The notes under the pieces were generated by a model. The model had not been told where the DNA came from and did not search any database. It worked only from the letters and a program-made list of their open reading frames with translations. A DNA stretch of 50,969 bases from Eubacteriales bacterium (GTDB lineage: Bacteria; Bacillota; Clostridia; Oscillospirales; CAG-272). Shown piece after piece: positions 33,396 through 42,837 of this stretch. The translations under genes were made by a program, and so were the position numbers. Each line of letters opens with the position of its first letter. Position 1 is the first letter of the stretch. The stretch is from NCBI GenBank assembly GCA_045536125.1, contig JAZSMX010000045.1:1-50969 (forward strand), in the 5' to 3' direction.

Positions 33396-34772
33396 TCAGA
33401 ATTGATAGAATGCCTTGAAAGCTCTGTAGGCCTCGTAGAGATCTACCTTGGAAATAATCTCGTAAGGAGCGTGCATGGAAAGAACGCCAACACCGATGTC
33501 GATGGTGTCAATGTTGTGCTTTGCAAGGTATTTTGCAACGGTTCCGCCACCGCCCACGTCGGTCTTTCCAAGCTCGGAGGTTTGCCATACAACCCCTGCT
33601 TCGTTCAGACACTTGCGAACCCATCCGACAAGCTCTGCGCTGGCATCCGACGTGCCGCCCTTGCCGCCGCTGCCTGTGTATTTGCATACACTGACACCGC
33701 AACCGAGCAAGGAGGAATTACGGTGCTCATAAACCTCGGAGAAGTTGGGATCGAAGGTTGCGGTTACGTCACTGGAGAAGCACTTGGAGTTGGCACGAAC
33801 CGCCGCAGCGTTACCGCCGAGCGCACGGGCGATTTCGTTGATTACGTCGGTAATGAGACTGCTCTGCATTCCCGTGACACCGTCACTTCCTGTTTCTTCC
33901 TTGTCAACCAAGAGGCACATCGATGTGTGAAGTGTGTCATCGGAATCAAAGAGTGCTGTGATTGAGGGATATGCGCATACGCGGTCATCGTGACCGTAAG
34001 CGCAGATCATGGAACGGTCAAAGCCTGCATCTCTTGCCCGCGCCGCGGGGACGATGCAGAGCTCCGCCGAAAGAAGATCCTCTTCGGTGATTCCGTACGC
34101 ATTGTAAAGATATTCGAGTACACCAAGCTTGACACTGTCCTTTTCTTCGCTGTCAAGAGGCATAGAGCCCACGAGAATGTTCAGTCGTTCCGCGGGGAAG
34201 ACCTCCTTGATGGTCTTGCCTGCCTGTCCACCTGCGAGGTGAGGAAGCAGATCGGTGATATACATGACGGGATCGTTTTCGTCTTCACCGACAGTGATCT
34301 TGACGGTAGAGCCGTCCTGCTTGATCACAACACCGTGAAGTGCGAGGGGCATCGCAAGCCACTGGTACTTACGGACACCGCCATAGTAATGCGTTTTGAG
34401 GAAGCACATGCCGTTTTCCTCATAAAGAGGAACCTGCTTCAGATCAAGTCTCGGAGAATCGAGATGAGCGGCGGTGATGCGGATGCCGTGATTGATGGGC
34501 TCACTTCCGATACGGAAGACAAAGATGTTCTTTCCGCGGTTGTTATAGTAAAGCTTGTCACCCGCCTTGATGGCATCTCCGAACTGATAGGGACGGTAGC
34601 CTGCTGCCTCTGCCATACGGATGCATTCCTCTACCGCTTCACGTTCGGTTTTTGCAGTGTCAAGGAATTTTTTGTAATCCTCTGCATAAGCGTACGCTGC
34701 TTTGACGATTTCTTTTCCCGCTTTTTCATAAACGGTCTTTTTCTCATATACGTAGGGCTTGGTTTCTGCCAT
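33396..34772 (-). CDS. M18-family aminopeptidase
   Basis: AAHLDSPRLDLK and the overall ~458-aa architecture fit. The RBS AAAGGAGAA lies upstream. Confidence 0.8.
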   Translation of the reverse strand: MAETKPYVYEKKTVYEKAGKEIVKAAYAYAEDYKKFLDTAKTEREAVEECIRMAEAAGYRPYQFGDAIKAGDKLYYNNRGKNIFVFRIGSEPINHGIRITAAHLDSPRLDLKQVPLYEENGMCFLKTHYYGGVRKYQWLAMPLALHGVVIKQDGSTVKITVGEDENDPVMYITDLLPHLAGGQAGKTIKEVFPAERLNILVGSMPLDSEEKDSVKLGVLEYLYNAYGITEEDLLSAELCIVPAARARDAGFDRSMICAYGHDDRVCAYPSITALFDSDDTLHTSMCLLVDKEETGSDGVTGMQSSLITDVINEIARALGGNAAAVRANSKCFSSDVTATFDPNFSEVYEHRNSSLLGCGVSVCKYTGSGGKGGTSDASAELVGWVRKCLNEAGVVWQTSELGKTDVGGGGTVAKYLAKHNIDTIDIGVGVLSMHAPYEIISKVDLYEAYRAFKAFYQF

Positions 34773-34798
34773 GATCTTGTTCTCCTTTTGGATTTGTA

Positions 34799-35380
34799 TT
34801 AAGATGCAAAATATAAACGTTTATAGTGGTCTGCAGCCTGCAGGGTATCTTTTGCAAGCTTTGCGGCTTGAGTGTCGGGGATCGAGGTGAGATTTCCGTC
34901 CTCCCCGATCAAAGCTTCGTCAAGAAGCCATGCGTCCACCGTTTCCGTTCCGACCTCATAAGCGGCAATGGCAACCTCCCAGATTCCGTATTTGTGAAAG
35001 AGGAAGGAAAGGTAAGCAGTGCCGCAGCGAAGATTGGGGACGGGGGCGTAAAGAAGGGCGGATTCCTGCGTGGGTTCTTGTAAAATGTCTTCGGAGATTT
35101 TTAGAAACTCGTCCGGTGTCAGCTGTGTCAGTCCGATGCTGCCGTCATTTCCCACCTTGTTGCTTGAAAAATCACTTTGTGCCTTGATAAACCCCCAAAG
35201 AATATGCTCGGGAATTCCGAATTCCTCGGCGACATTGTGCATGTCGCTCGCAATGGAATCGTCCATGGGGTAGTTGCTTTTTTCAACAGCGGTCGCGATG
35301 GCATCAAAGCCGAGACCGAAGGCAACGGAGAGCACGATGAGCAAACAGAATATACAAATGCGTCCAAGATTCAGCTTCAC
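34799..35380 (-). CDS. Membrane-anchored SLT (lytic transglycosylase) domain protein
   Basis: There is an N-terminal TM segment. The SLT core reads ILWGFIKAQSDFSSNKVGNDGSIGLTQLTP; it has Gln where the catalytic Glu of the ES motif is expected. The GTG start overlaps the coaE stop. Confidence 0.7.
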   Translation of the reverse strand: MKLNLGRICIFCLLIVLSVAFGLGFDAIATAVEKSNYPMDDSIASDMHNVAEEFGIPEHILWGFIKAQSDFSSNKVGNDGSIGLTQLTPDEFLKISEDILQEPTQESALLYAPVPNLRCGTAYLSFLFHKYGIWEVAIAAYEVGTETVDAWLLDEALIGEDGNLTSIPDTQAAKLAKDTLQAADHYKRLYFAS

Positions 35381-35979
35381 TCCTCGATCACTCCCAACTC
35401 AACAAGAATTTTTTGAACCGTGGGGCGAAGATGCTCCACAGAGCCGTTGTTCTCAATCACGTAATTGGAATGTGTGCGGAAATAATCGTCGCTTTTTTGC
35501 GCGTTGATCCGACGGATGGCGCTCTCCGCATCGATTCCGTCACGTTCCATGATCCGCTCAAGACGCATCCTTTTTTGCGCGAGCACAGAGACCACGGCAC
35601 CGCAGTCGCGATCTGCTCCCGCTTCAAAGAGCTGAGGCGCATCCAGTACCGCCGCCCGTGTACCGAGCCGCCTTAAGTGCTCAAGCTGGCGGTGAATCTC
35701 TTCCATGACGTATCTGTGTGCGATGGAATTGAGAGCTTGCAGAGCATTGGGATCGGAAAATACAAGGGAAGAAAGCTGCTTTCTGTTAAGCTCCCCCGAG
35801 GGAGTCAGGATTTTGCTTCCGAAATGCTGTGTCAGTTCCTTAAGACACGAGGAGGGAGGGGAGAGAAGCGTATGGTATACGTGGTCCGCATTGATGATGG
35901 GGAGACCGTAGGAGGCAAAGATTTGGCTGACCTCTCCCTTGCCTGCACCGCTGGGACCTGTCAAGCCGATCACTAGCAT
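35377..35979 (-). CDS. coaE: Dephospho-CoA kinase
   Basis: MLVIGLTGPSGAGKG (P-loop at the N-terminus) and the 200-aa length support the call. Confidence 0.85.
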   Translation of the reverse strand: MLVIGLTGPSGAGKGEVSQIFASYGLPIINADHVYHTLLSPPSSCLKELTQHFGSKILTPSGELNRKQLSSLVFSDPNALQALNSIAHRYVMEEIHRQLEHLRRLGTRAAVLDAPQLFEAGADRDCGAVVSVLAQKRMRLERIMERDGIDAESAIRRINAQKSDDYFRTHSNYVIENNGSVEHLRPTVQKILVELGVIEE

Positions 35980-37121
35980 GATGCCACCTCTGTTCGGGTA
36001 CCGCCGTTTTCATCGGATCGGTATGCTGCCTCCATGACGCGCTGAACGTATAATCCATCTGAAAGGGAGGGGGAAAATTCTGTTCCGGACGCCACCGCGG
36101 AGAGGAATGCATGCATGCTTGCAAGATGACCGTAAAGCCATCCCGCAGGGGCTTTGACGGAAGGGAAGATGAGATCGGGATAACGTCCGATGCATTCGAT
36201 GCGGACAAATCCGCGATCGCCTCCCAGCGTTTTTTCGGGGAGGGTATTGTCGTAAAAATAAAGCCAGTTGGGCTCCATCAGGGAAAAACGAAGGGAACCG
36301 CGTTCTCCGTAAATTTCAAAGGAAAGATCATCGTTCGCACCCGATTGAAGCTTCCCCACAACAATCGTGCCCGATGCACCGCTTGCGGTTCTTCCCAACA
36401 TATAAAAGGATTCGTCGGCGTTGGTCTGCCATTCTTCACCGTTCCTTCCCGTACGTCGGGGATAGGCGATTTGTGACATGCCGCTGACCTCGCAAAGAGG
36501 CTCTGTCAGAAAAGCAAGCAGATCAATGACGTGAGAACCGAGGTCGAAAAGGACGCCTCCACCGCAAATATCTTTGTCCTGCTTCCAGCCTGCATGCTTT
36601 TGGGTGTTGGTGGCGCTGCTGTGAAGATAAGCCCCCGAGAAGGAGAGGACACGACCGATGCGCCCTTCCTCGATCAATTCTCTGGCACGGAGAACAGGTG
36701 CGATCCAGCGGTTGTTGAATACCATGCCGGTGATCTGTCCTTCCTTCTTCGGAAGCTCTGCAATGATGCGCGCCTCCTCGACGGTGGTACAAAGCGGTTT
36801 TTCACAAAGCACGTGCTTGCCCGCAAGGATGGCTTTTTTCAGAGCCGTGAAGTGATGACAGTTGGGGGTGGAGATATCGATCACATCGATGTCGGGATCG
36901 TTGATCATCTCATCCTCGGTTGCATACGCGCGCTTGATGCCGAACTCACGCGCTACGCGCTCGCTTTTTTCAAGCGAGGTTGTCAAGACGCCCGAGGTGG
37001 TAACACGAAAGGGAAGATCACCGTAAAAAAACGGAAGATTCTTCACCGCCCACGTATGCGTTCTGCCCATGGAGCCGAATCCGAGAAGTCCGATTCGAAT
37101 ATTTTTTCGTTCTTGTTCCAT
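35973..37121 (-). CDS. Gfo/Idh/MocA-family NAD(P)-dependent oxidoreductase
   Basis: IRIGLLGFGSMGRTH (Rossmann) and VLCEKPL are present. The start is trimmed to the ATG at 37121, which has the RBS AAGGAG; the track ORF extends to 37310 through the promoter region. Confidence 0.8.
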   Translation of the reverse strand: MEQERKNIRIGLLGFGSMGRTHTWAVKNLPFFYGDLPFRVTTSGVLTTSLEKSERVAREFGIKRAYATEDEMINDPDIDVIDISTPNCHHFTALKKAILAGKHVLCEKPLCTTVEEARIIAELPKKEGQITGMVFNNRWIAPVLRARELIEEGRIGRVLSFSGAYLHSSATNTQKHAGWKQDKDICGGGVLFDLGSHVIDLLAFLTEPLCEVSGMSQIAYPRRTGRNGEEWQTNADESFYMLGRTASGASGTIVVGKLQSGANDDLSFEIYGERGSLRFSLMEPNWLYFYDNTLPEKTLGGDRGFVRIECIGRYPDLIFPSVKAPAGWLYGHLASMHAFLSAVASGTEFSPSLSDGLYVQRVMEAAYRSDENGGTRTEVASC

Positions 37122-37175
37122 ATTGAAGTGCTCCTTAGAAAAAAGATATATCCGATACATATATCTATTCATCTT

Positions 37176-37204
37176 ATTATACTCCTTTTTTTCTTTTTTT
37201 GCAA
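37176..37204 (-). promoter_or_regulatory. Consensus-like sigma-A promoter for the minus-strand array
   Basis: On the minus strand: TTGCAA (37204-37199), a 17-nt spacer, then TATAAT (37181-37176). Confidence 0.5.
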
Positions 37205-37266
37205 GGGGGAAAACGGTGATTATTTGTAAAAATGGAGGAAGTGTATCCTTTTTTCGGTATTTCGTA

Positions 37267-37295
37267 TTGCAATTCACATGGAAAAAGAGTATAAT
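37267..37295 (+). promoter_or_regulatory. Consensus-like sigma-A promoter for murB-whiA-dnaE
   Basis: TTGCAA (37267-37272), a 17-nt spacer, then TATAAT (37290-37295). Confidence 0.5.
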
Positions 37296-37339
37296 ATAAA
37301 GAGAATGCAAACGAAACCTTTCTTCGGATGGTGTGATCT

Positions 37340-38236
37340 ATGGAAAAAATGCTCGAGCAACTGAAAAAATTGAATATTGATGCAAGAAAATCCTTGCCTC
37401 TGGCACCGTTTTCCAGTTTTCGGATCGGCGGCACGGCGGATCTCGCTGTGTTTCCCACCTCCTGTGAGGAGCTTCTTTTTGTGCTTGAGCTTTTGCGAGG
37501 GGCGCGGATTCCGTGGCAGATCATCGGAAATGCGAGCAACGTTCTTTTCTCTGATGAGGGCTTCCGCGGTGTGATCGTTTTTACAACTGCCTTCCGCACG
37601 CTTTGTGTAAAAGGACAGGAAATTAAGGTGGGTGCGGGAACGCTTATTTCTAACGTTGCAACGGCGGCACGTGATGCGTCCTTGACGGGGGCTGAGTTTT
37701 TATACGGGATTCCCGGAAGCGTTGGCGGTGCGGTCTTTATGAATGCCGGTGCGTACGGAGGATCGCTTGGCGACGTTTGCATAGAGAGTGAGTATTTTGA
37801 TATGGAGAGCGGCTTGTGCGGTGTCAGCGTAGGAGAGGAACAGGCATTTTCCTACCGCTCCAGCATTTACATGGAGCACCCCGAGCGCGTGGTGCTCGGG
37901 GCACGTTTTCGACTTTGTGTGGGGGAACGCGATGCAATCACAGCTTCGATGAAGGAGCTGATGGAGCGCAGAAAAAGTACACAGCCCTTGGAATATCCGA
38001 GCGCGGGAAGTGTTTTCAAGCGTCCCGAAGGGCATTTTGCGGGAAAGCTGATCGAGGATTGCGGTCTTAAGGGCTTGCGAATCGGTGGAGCCGAGGTTTC
38101 CGCGAAGCATGCGGGCTTTATTGTCAATCGTAGCGGAGCAACAGCACGTGACGTTCGTCTTCTGATTGAACACATCAGAGAAACGGTCATGAGAGAAACA
38201 GGTGTTTCTCTGGAATGTGAAATTCGTTTTTTGTAA
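37340..38236 (+). CDS. murB: UDP-N-acetylenolpyruvoylglucosamine reductase
   Basis: FRIGGTADLAVFP, YPSAGSVFKRP and GGAEVSAKHAGFIVN are present. Confidence 0.9.
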   Translation: MEKMLEQLKKLNIDARKSLPLAPFSSFRIGGTADLAVFPTSCEELLFVLELLRGARIPWQIIGNASNVLFSDEGFRGVIVFTTAFRTLCVKGQEIKVGAGTLISNVATAARDASLTGAEFLYGIPGSVGGAVFMNAGAYGGSLGDVCIESEYFDMESGLCGVSVGEEQAFSYRSSIYMEHPERVVLGARFRLCVGERDAITASMKELMERRKSTQPLEYPSAGSVFKRPEGHFAGKLIEDCGLKGLRIGGAEVSAKHAGFIVNRSGATARDVRLLIEHIRETVMRETGVSLECEIRFL

Positions 38237-38255
38237 GGTGTAAGGAGAATTTTGT

Positions 38256-39167
38256 ATGTCGTTTGCGGAAGCGTTAAGGGAGGAGCTTGCGGCTCTTCCC
38301 ATCAAAAAGAATTGCTGCAGACGTGCTTTTTGCGCAGGGGTGCTTCTTTCGGCACGACGGGTAAATGCTCATGAGGTAACGCTTCGGTGTCGCTTTGAGT
38401 CGGTCCTTCCCACTGTTAAGGGGACGCTGGAAACTGTTTTCGGAAAGGAAGCGGAGATGCACACCGTTGCTTTTCACGGTCATCGCTACACCGATCTTAC
38501 CGTCAACTCTCCCGCATGTGCAAAGCTTACGGGACGCCTTCAATCCGAGGATGCGGATCTTGAAGCTCTTTTGAAGCTTTCTATGTGCGAGAGCTGCCGT
38601 TCTGCTTTTTTAAGGGGGGCTTTTTTGTCCGTGGGAAGCTTGAGCGATCCGCAGAAGGGCTCTCACCTTGAATTCATTTTACCTGACGGTCGCGGGGAGA
38701 TGGTGTTGAATGCCTATCTGACCGATGCGGGATATCCTCCAAGACGGATCTCCCGGAGCACAGGGTGCGGATTTTACTATAAGGACAGTAATTCCGTGGG
38801 GGATCTTTTGACCTTGATGGGGTCTGTTCATATGATTTTTGATTATTACAACACGCGCATTGAGCGCGATATACGAAATAATGAAAACCGTGCGACCAAC
38901 TGTGTTGCAAGGAACATTGAAAAGTCGATCTCCGCAGCGACAAGGCAAATGGAGGCGATCGGCTTTTTGATGGAGTGCGGATTGCTTGAGAGCTTAGAAG
39001 AGCCCCTTCGGGTAACGGCACTGTTACGTTATAAGAATCCCGATGCTACGTTGGACGAGTTGAAGGAGCTACACGTTCCTTCGATTTCAAAATCGGGGCT
39101 CAATCATCGATTACAAAGGCTTTTGGAGATCGCAAAGGATCATGCAGAAAGGCACGGCGAAAAATAG
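38256..39167 (+). CDS. whiA: DNA-binding protein WhiA
   Basis: The N-terminus reads MSFAEALREELAALPIKKNCCRRAF. The C-terminal HTH-like segment is SISKSGLNHRLQRL. The protein is 303 aa. Confidence 0.85.
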   Translation: MSFAEALREELAALPIKKNCCRRAFCAGVLLSARRVNAHEVTLRCRFESVLPTVKGTLETVFGKEAEMHTVAFHGHRYTDLTVNSPACAKLTGRLQSEDADLEALLKLSMCESCRSAFLRGAFLSVGSLSDPQKGSHLEFILPDGRGEMVLNAYLTDAGYPPRRISRSTGCGFYYKDSNSVGDLLTLMGSVHMIFDYYNTRIERDIRNNENRATNCVARNIEKSISAATRQMEAIGFLMECGLLESLEEPLRVTALLRYKNPDATLDELKELHVPSISKSGLNHRLQRLLEIAKDHAERHGEK

Positions 39168-39200
39168 TCTTTTGAAAAAACGAAGAAAGGGAAGTACTTT

Positions 39201-42200
39201 ATGAACGGCTTTGTACATTTGCATTTACATAGCGAATACAGCTTGCTTGACGGTGCGTGCCGTATTGAGGACATCCCTGCAAGAGTAAAGGAGTGCGGAC
39301 AAGAGGCGGTTGCGATCACAGACCACGGTGTGATGTACGGTGTTGTGGCGTTTGAGCGTGCGTGCCGTGCGGCGGGTGTGAAGCCCATCATCGGATGTGA
39401 GGTCTACGTAGCTCCCGATTCCCGTTATGACAAAACGAACGGAAGCGAGGGGTATGCGGATCACCTGGTGCTTTTGTGCGAGAATATGGAAGGATATCGG
39501 AATCTGACTGAACTGGTATCCCGCTCCTTTACGGAGGGCTTTTACAACAAGCCCCGTGTGGACGATGAGCTTCTTCGCAGATACAGTAAGGGCTTGATCG
39601 CGCTCTCCGCATGTCTCGGAGGACGCATTCCAAAGCTTCTTTCGCGCGGCGATTTTACACGGGCGCGTGCAGAGGCGAAGAAATATAAAGAGATTTTTGG
39701 AAGAGATCATTTCTATATTGAAATTCAGGATCACGGAATTGCGGAACAAAAAACGGTTCTTCCTCTTTTGGTGAATCTTGCAAATGAATGTGAGATCGGT
39801 CTTGTCGCGACCAATGACTGTCACTACTTGCGTCGCGCGGACGCCAATACGCAGGCGGTCTTGATGTGTATCCAGACCAATACGACCGTGGATGCAGGGC
39901 GACCTGCCGCGTTTGCGACGGACGAGTTCTATCTCAAGGATACCAATGAAATGACGATGACCTTCCGCAAGTATCCGGAGGCAATTGAAAACACCTGTCG
40001 TATTGCCGAGCGTTGCCACGTGGAATTTGACTTTTCTACCACGTATCTTCCGAAATTTCCTTGCCCTGTGGGAGAGAGCAGCATTGATTGCCTGCGTCGC
40101 ATGGCGCTCGAAGGCTTTGCTTCCCGTGTCGAACGGGGACACATTGTCTTTTCGGAGCACACGGAAAAAGAATATCTTGATCGCATGGAATATGAGCTTT
40201 CCGTGATTTTCGAGATGGGGTATGCGGATTATTTTCTCATTGTCCAGGATTATGTTAATTTTGCAAAATCGAAGGATATCCCCGTGGGGCCGGGAAGAGG
40301 CTCGGGGGCGGGAAGTCTCGTTGCGTTTGTACTTGGAATTACCGACATTGACTCCATTCGGTTCGATCTCCTCTTTGAAAGGTTTCTCAATCCCGAGCGC
40401 GTGAGCATGCCGGATATCGATATTGATTTTTGCTATAACCGACGTGACGAGGTGATTGATTACGTCACCAAAAAATACGGTGCGGATCACGTTTCCCAGA
40501 TCATCACGTTCGGTACTCTTGCCGCGCGTGCCGCCATCCGCGACGTAGGACGGGCTCTTGGAATGGCATATGCCGACGTGGACATTGTTGCGCGAGCGGT
40601 TCCTCAGGAATTGAACATTACCATCAAGGGGGCTCTCTCCGCTTCTGCGGATCTGCGAAGACTTTACGAGGATTCCGACGCAGTCAAGCGTCTTTTGGAT
40701 ACCGCGATGGCACTTGAGGGAATGCCGCGGAACGTTTCAATCCATGCCGCGGGTGTTGTGATTACCGACCGTCCGATTTCCACCTACGTGCCGCTTGCCT
40801 TGAGCAACGGAACGCCCGTTACCCAGTTTGATATGGACACAATCGCCAAGCTGGGACTTCTTAAGTTTGATTTCCTTGCCCTGAGATATCTGACCATCAT
40901 TCACGATGCCGAGACAATGATCTCGGAATTTGATCCTGCGTTTGACATCGAGAAACTTCCCTTGGATGACCGTGCGACCTATGCTTTGATTTCTTCCGGA
41001 AAGACCTCAGGTATTTTCCAATTGGAGTCCGGAGGCATGCGTCAGATGCTGCAGAGCCTTCAGCCCGAATCACTTGACGATATCATTGCCGCGATTGCAC
41101 TGTACCGACCGGGACCGATGGATTCCATTCCGACCTTCATCGAATGCCGTCATCATCCCGATCGCGTGAAATTCGCAACACCGCTTCTGGAGCCGATTTT
41201 GCGTTCCACTTACGGATGCGTGGTGTATCAGGAGCAGGTGATGAGTATTTTCCGTGAGATCGGCGGATATACCTTCGGTCATGCGGACGTCGTTCGCCGT
41301 GCCATGTCCAAAAAGAAAGCGGACGTTCTGCTTTCCGAACGGGAGGCGTTTGTCGCGGGGGCTCTTTCAAAAGGGGTGGCGACGGAGATTGCCGAGCAGC
41401 TTTTCTCGGACATGGAGAGCTTTGCCAATTATGCTTTTAATAAATCTCATGCCGCGGCGTATGCGGTGATTTCGTACCGTACCGCCTACCTCAAGGCGCA
41501 TTATCCAAGACAGTATTTCTCCGCACTTCTGACGAGTGTTCTCGGAAGTCAGGTCAAGGTTGCCGAATATATCGCGGAATGCGGCACGCGCGGAATTCGT
41601 GTGTTGCCCCCCGATATCAACGAGAGCCGTATGTACTTTTCAACCGACGGTAAGGATATCCGCTTCGGACTTCTTGCCTTAAAAAACGTCGGTGCACAGT
41701 TCATCCAAAGAGTAATCGATGAGCGCAAGCATTCAAAATTCGCATCCTTTGAGGATTTTATCAACCGTATGCCTGCAGGAGAATTGAACCGTCGCATGGT
41801 GGAAGCACTGATCAAGGGTGGTGCGTTTGACCGTTTGGGCATTTATCGCTCCCGTTTGCTTGCCGTATATGAGATGCTGATCGACCGTGCCGCAGAAAAG
41901 GGAAGAAACAATCTTGACGGACAGTTAGATATGTTTTCTGTCCTTGGCGGTGGAGAAGACGTGTCTCCCTCGGTTGCCTATCCCGAAATTCCGGAGCTCG
42001 GTGTCAGAGAAAAGCTGATGATGGAAAAGGAAGCGGCGGGGATGTATTTTTCGGGAAATATGCTTGACGAATACACAAAGCATATCTCTATTCTTGAAGC
42101 GACGGAAATATCACAGATCGTCGGAGAGGATTCCACGGTTGCAGAAAAGGAATACGTCAAGGTGGCGGGAATGATCACCTCGGTAACGGTGAAAAACACC

Positions 42201-42737
42201 AAAAGCGGCGACCGTATGGCATTCTTTACTGTGGAAGACCGTTTTGGAGAGATGGAGTGCGTGGTTTTCTCGCGTGCCTATTCCGAAATGCAGCATCTGA
42301 TTCGCATCGATACGGGGGTTTACGTTTCCGGAAATATTTCTCTGCGGGAGGATGAACCTCCCAAATTGTTGGTGCATCACTTGGAGGCTCTGGTGGAAAA
42401 CAATCGTTTTCGTGAAGAGCATTTCAAAAAAGCTTCGGATGAAAAACGGGAAGTGATATCGGAAAAACCGAAAGCAGAAGCGAAACCGCAGCAGAGATCA
42501 TCGCAAACGGAACCGGTGCGTTCGAGCCGCCTGTTTTTGCGAGTTCCCGGAAAGAGCTCCTTGGCATATGCCAAGGCAGAAAATCTTGCTTTGATTTTTG
42601 ACGGAGCTTTTCCCGCATTTTTCTACTATGCGGATGAAAAGAAATATGAAAGCAAGCCTGTCGGAATCCATCTTGACGACTACGTCATAACTCAATTCAA
42701 GGAGCTTTTGGGAGACGAGAACGTCATCCTTAAATAA
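39201..42737 (+). CDS. dnaE: DNA polymerase III subunit alpha (DnaE type)
   Basis: The PHP domain begins FVHLHLHSEYSLLDGA. GPGRGSGAGSLVAFVLGIT and PDIDIDF are present. The protein is 1178 aa. Confidence 0.95.
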   Translation: MNGFVHLHLHSEYSLLDGACRIEDIPARVKECGQEAVAITDHGVMYGVVAFERACRAAGVKPIIGCEVYVAPDSRYDKTNGSEGYADHLVLLCENMEGYRNLTELVSRSFTEGFYNKPRVDDELLRRYSKGLIALSACLGGRIPKLLSRGDFTRARAEAKKYKEIFGRDHFYIEIQDHGIAEQKTVLPLLVNLANECEIGLVATNDCHYLRRADANTQAVLMCIQTNTTVDAGRPAAFATDEFYLKDTNEMTMTFRKYPEAIENTCRIAERCHVEFDFSTTYLPKFPCPVGESSIDCLRRMALEGFASRVERGHIVFSEHTEKEYLDRMEYELSVIFEMGYADYFLIVQDYVNFAKSKDIPVGPGRGSGAGSLVAFVLGITDIDSIRFDLLFERFLNPERVSMPDIDIDFCYNRRDEVIDYVTKKYGADHVSQIITFGTLAARAAIRDVGRALGMAYADVDIVARAVPQELNITIKGALSASADLRRLYEDSDAVKRLLDTAMALEGMPRNVSIHAAGVVITDRPISTYVPLALSNGTPVTQFDMDTIAKLGLLKFDFLALRYLTIIHDAETMISEFDPAFDIEKLPLDDRATYALISSGKTSGIFQLESGGMRQMLQSLQPESLDDIIAAIALYRPGPMDSIPTFIECRHHPDRVKFATPLLEPILRSTYGCVVYQEQVMSIFREIGGYTFGHADVVRRAMSKKKADVLLSEREAFVAGALSKGVATEIAEQLFSDMESFANYAFNKSHAAAYAVISYRTAYLKAHYPRQYFSALLTSVLGSQVKVAEYIAECGTRGIRVLPPDINESRMYFSTDGKDIRFGLLALKNVGAQFIQRVIDERKHSKFASFEDFINRMPAGELNRRMVEALIKGGAFDRLGIYRSRLLAVYEMLIDRAAEKGRNNLDGQLDMFSVLGGGEDVSPSVAYPEIPELGVREKLMMEKEAAGMYFSGNMLDEYTKHISILEATEISQIVGEDSTVAEKEYVKVAGMITSVTVKNTKSGDRMAFFTVEDRFGEMECVVFSRAYSEMQHLIRIDTGVYVSGNISLREDEPPKLLVHHLEALVENNRFREEHFKKASDEKREVISEKPKAEAKPQQRSSQTEPVRSSRLFLRVPGKSSLAYAKAENLALIFDGAFPAFFYYADEKKYESKPVGIHLDDYVITQFKELLGDENVILK

Positions 42738-42757
42738 AATTTACATATCAAAAAGAC

Positions 42758-42792
42758 AAAAGCACCGCACGTTTTGAAAGTACAGTGCTTTT
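42758..42792 (+). terminator. Weak terminator candidate after dnaE
   Basis: AAAAGCAC (42758-42765) pairs with GTGCTTTT (42785-42792), with a 19-nt loop. The stem is A/T-rich and the structure is marginal. Confidence 0.3.
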
Positions 42793-42837
42793 GAGAGGCT
42801 GCAGCCTTACACGGTTGCAAAGAAAGGATACACTTAT

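Noticed and set aside
39225-40490. A 421-aa minus-strand ORF antisense to dnaE. Similar ORFs lie at 47279-48352 (antisense to secA), 25962-26915 (antisense across fnlB/fnlC), 33990-34802, 36531-37229 and 37700-38305.
   Set aside because: All lie fully inside, and opposite to, genes with strong family motifs. Their translations are compositionally odd (R/S/G/C-rich). One spans a gene boundary on the other strand.
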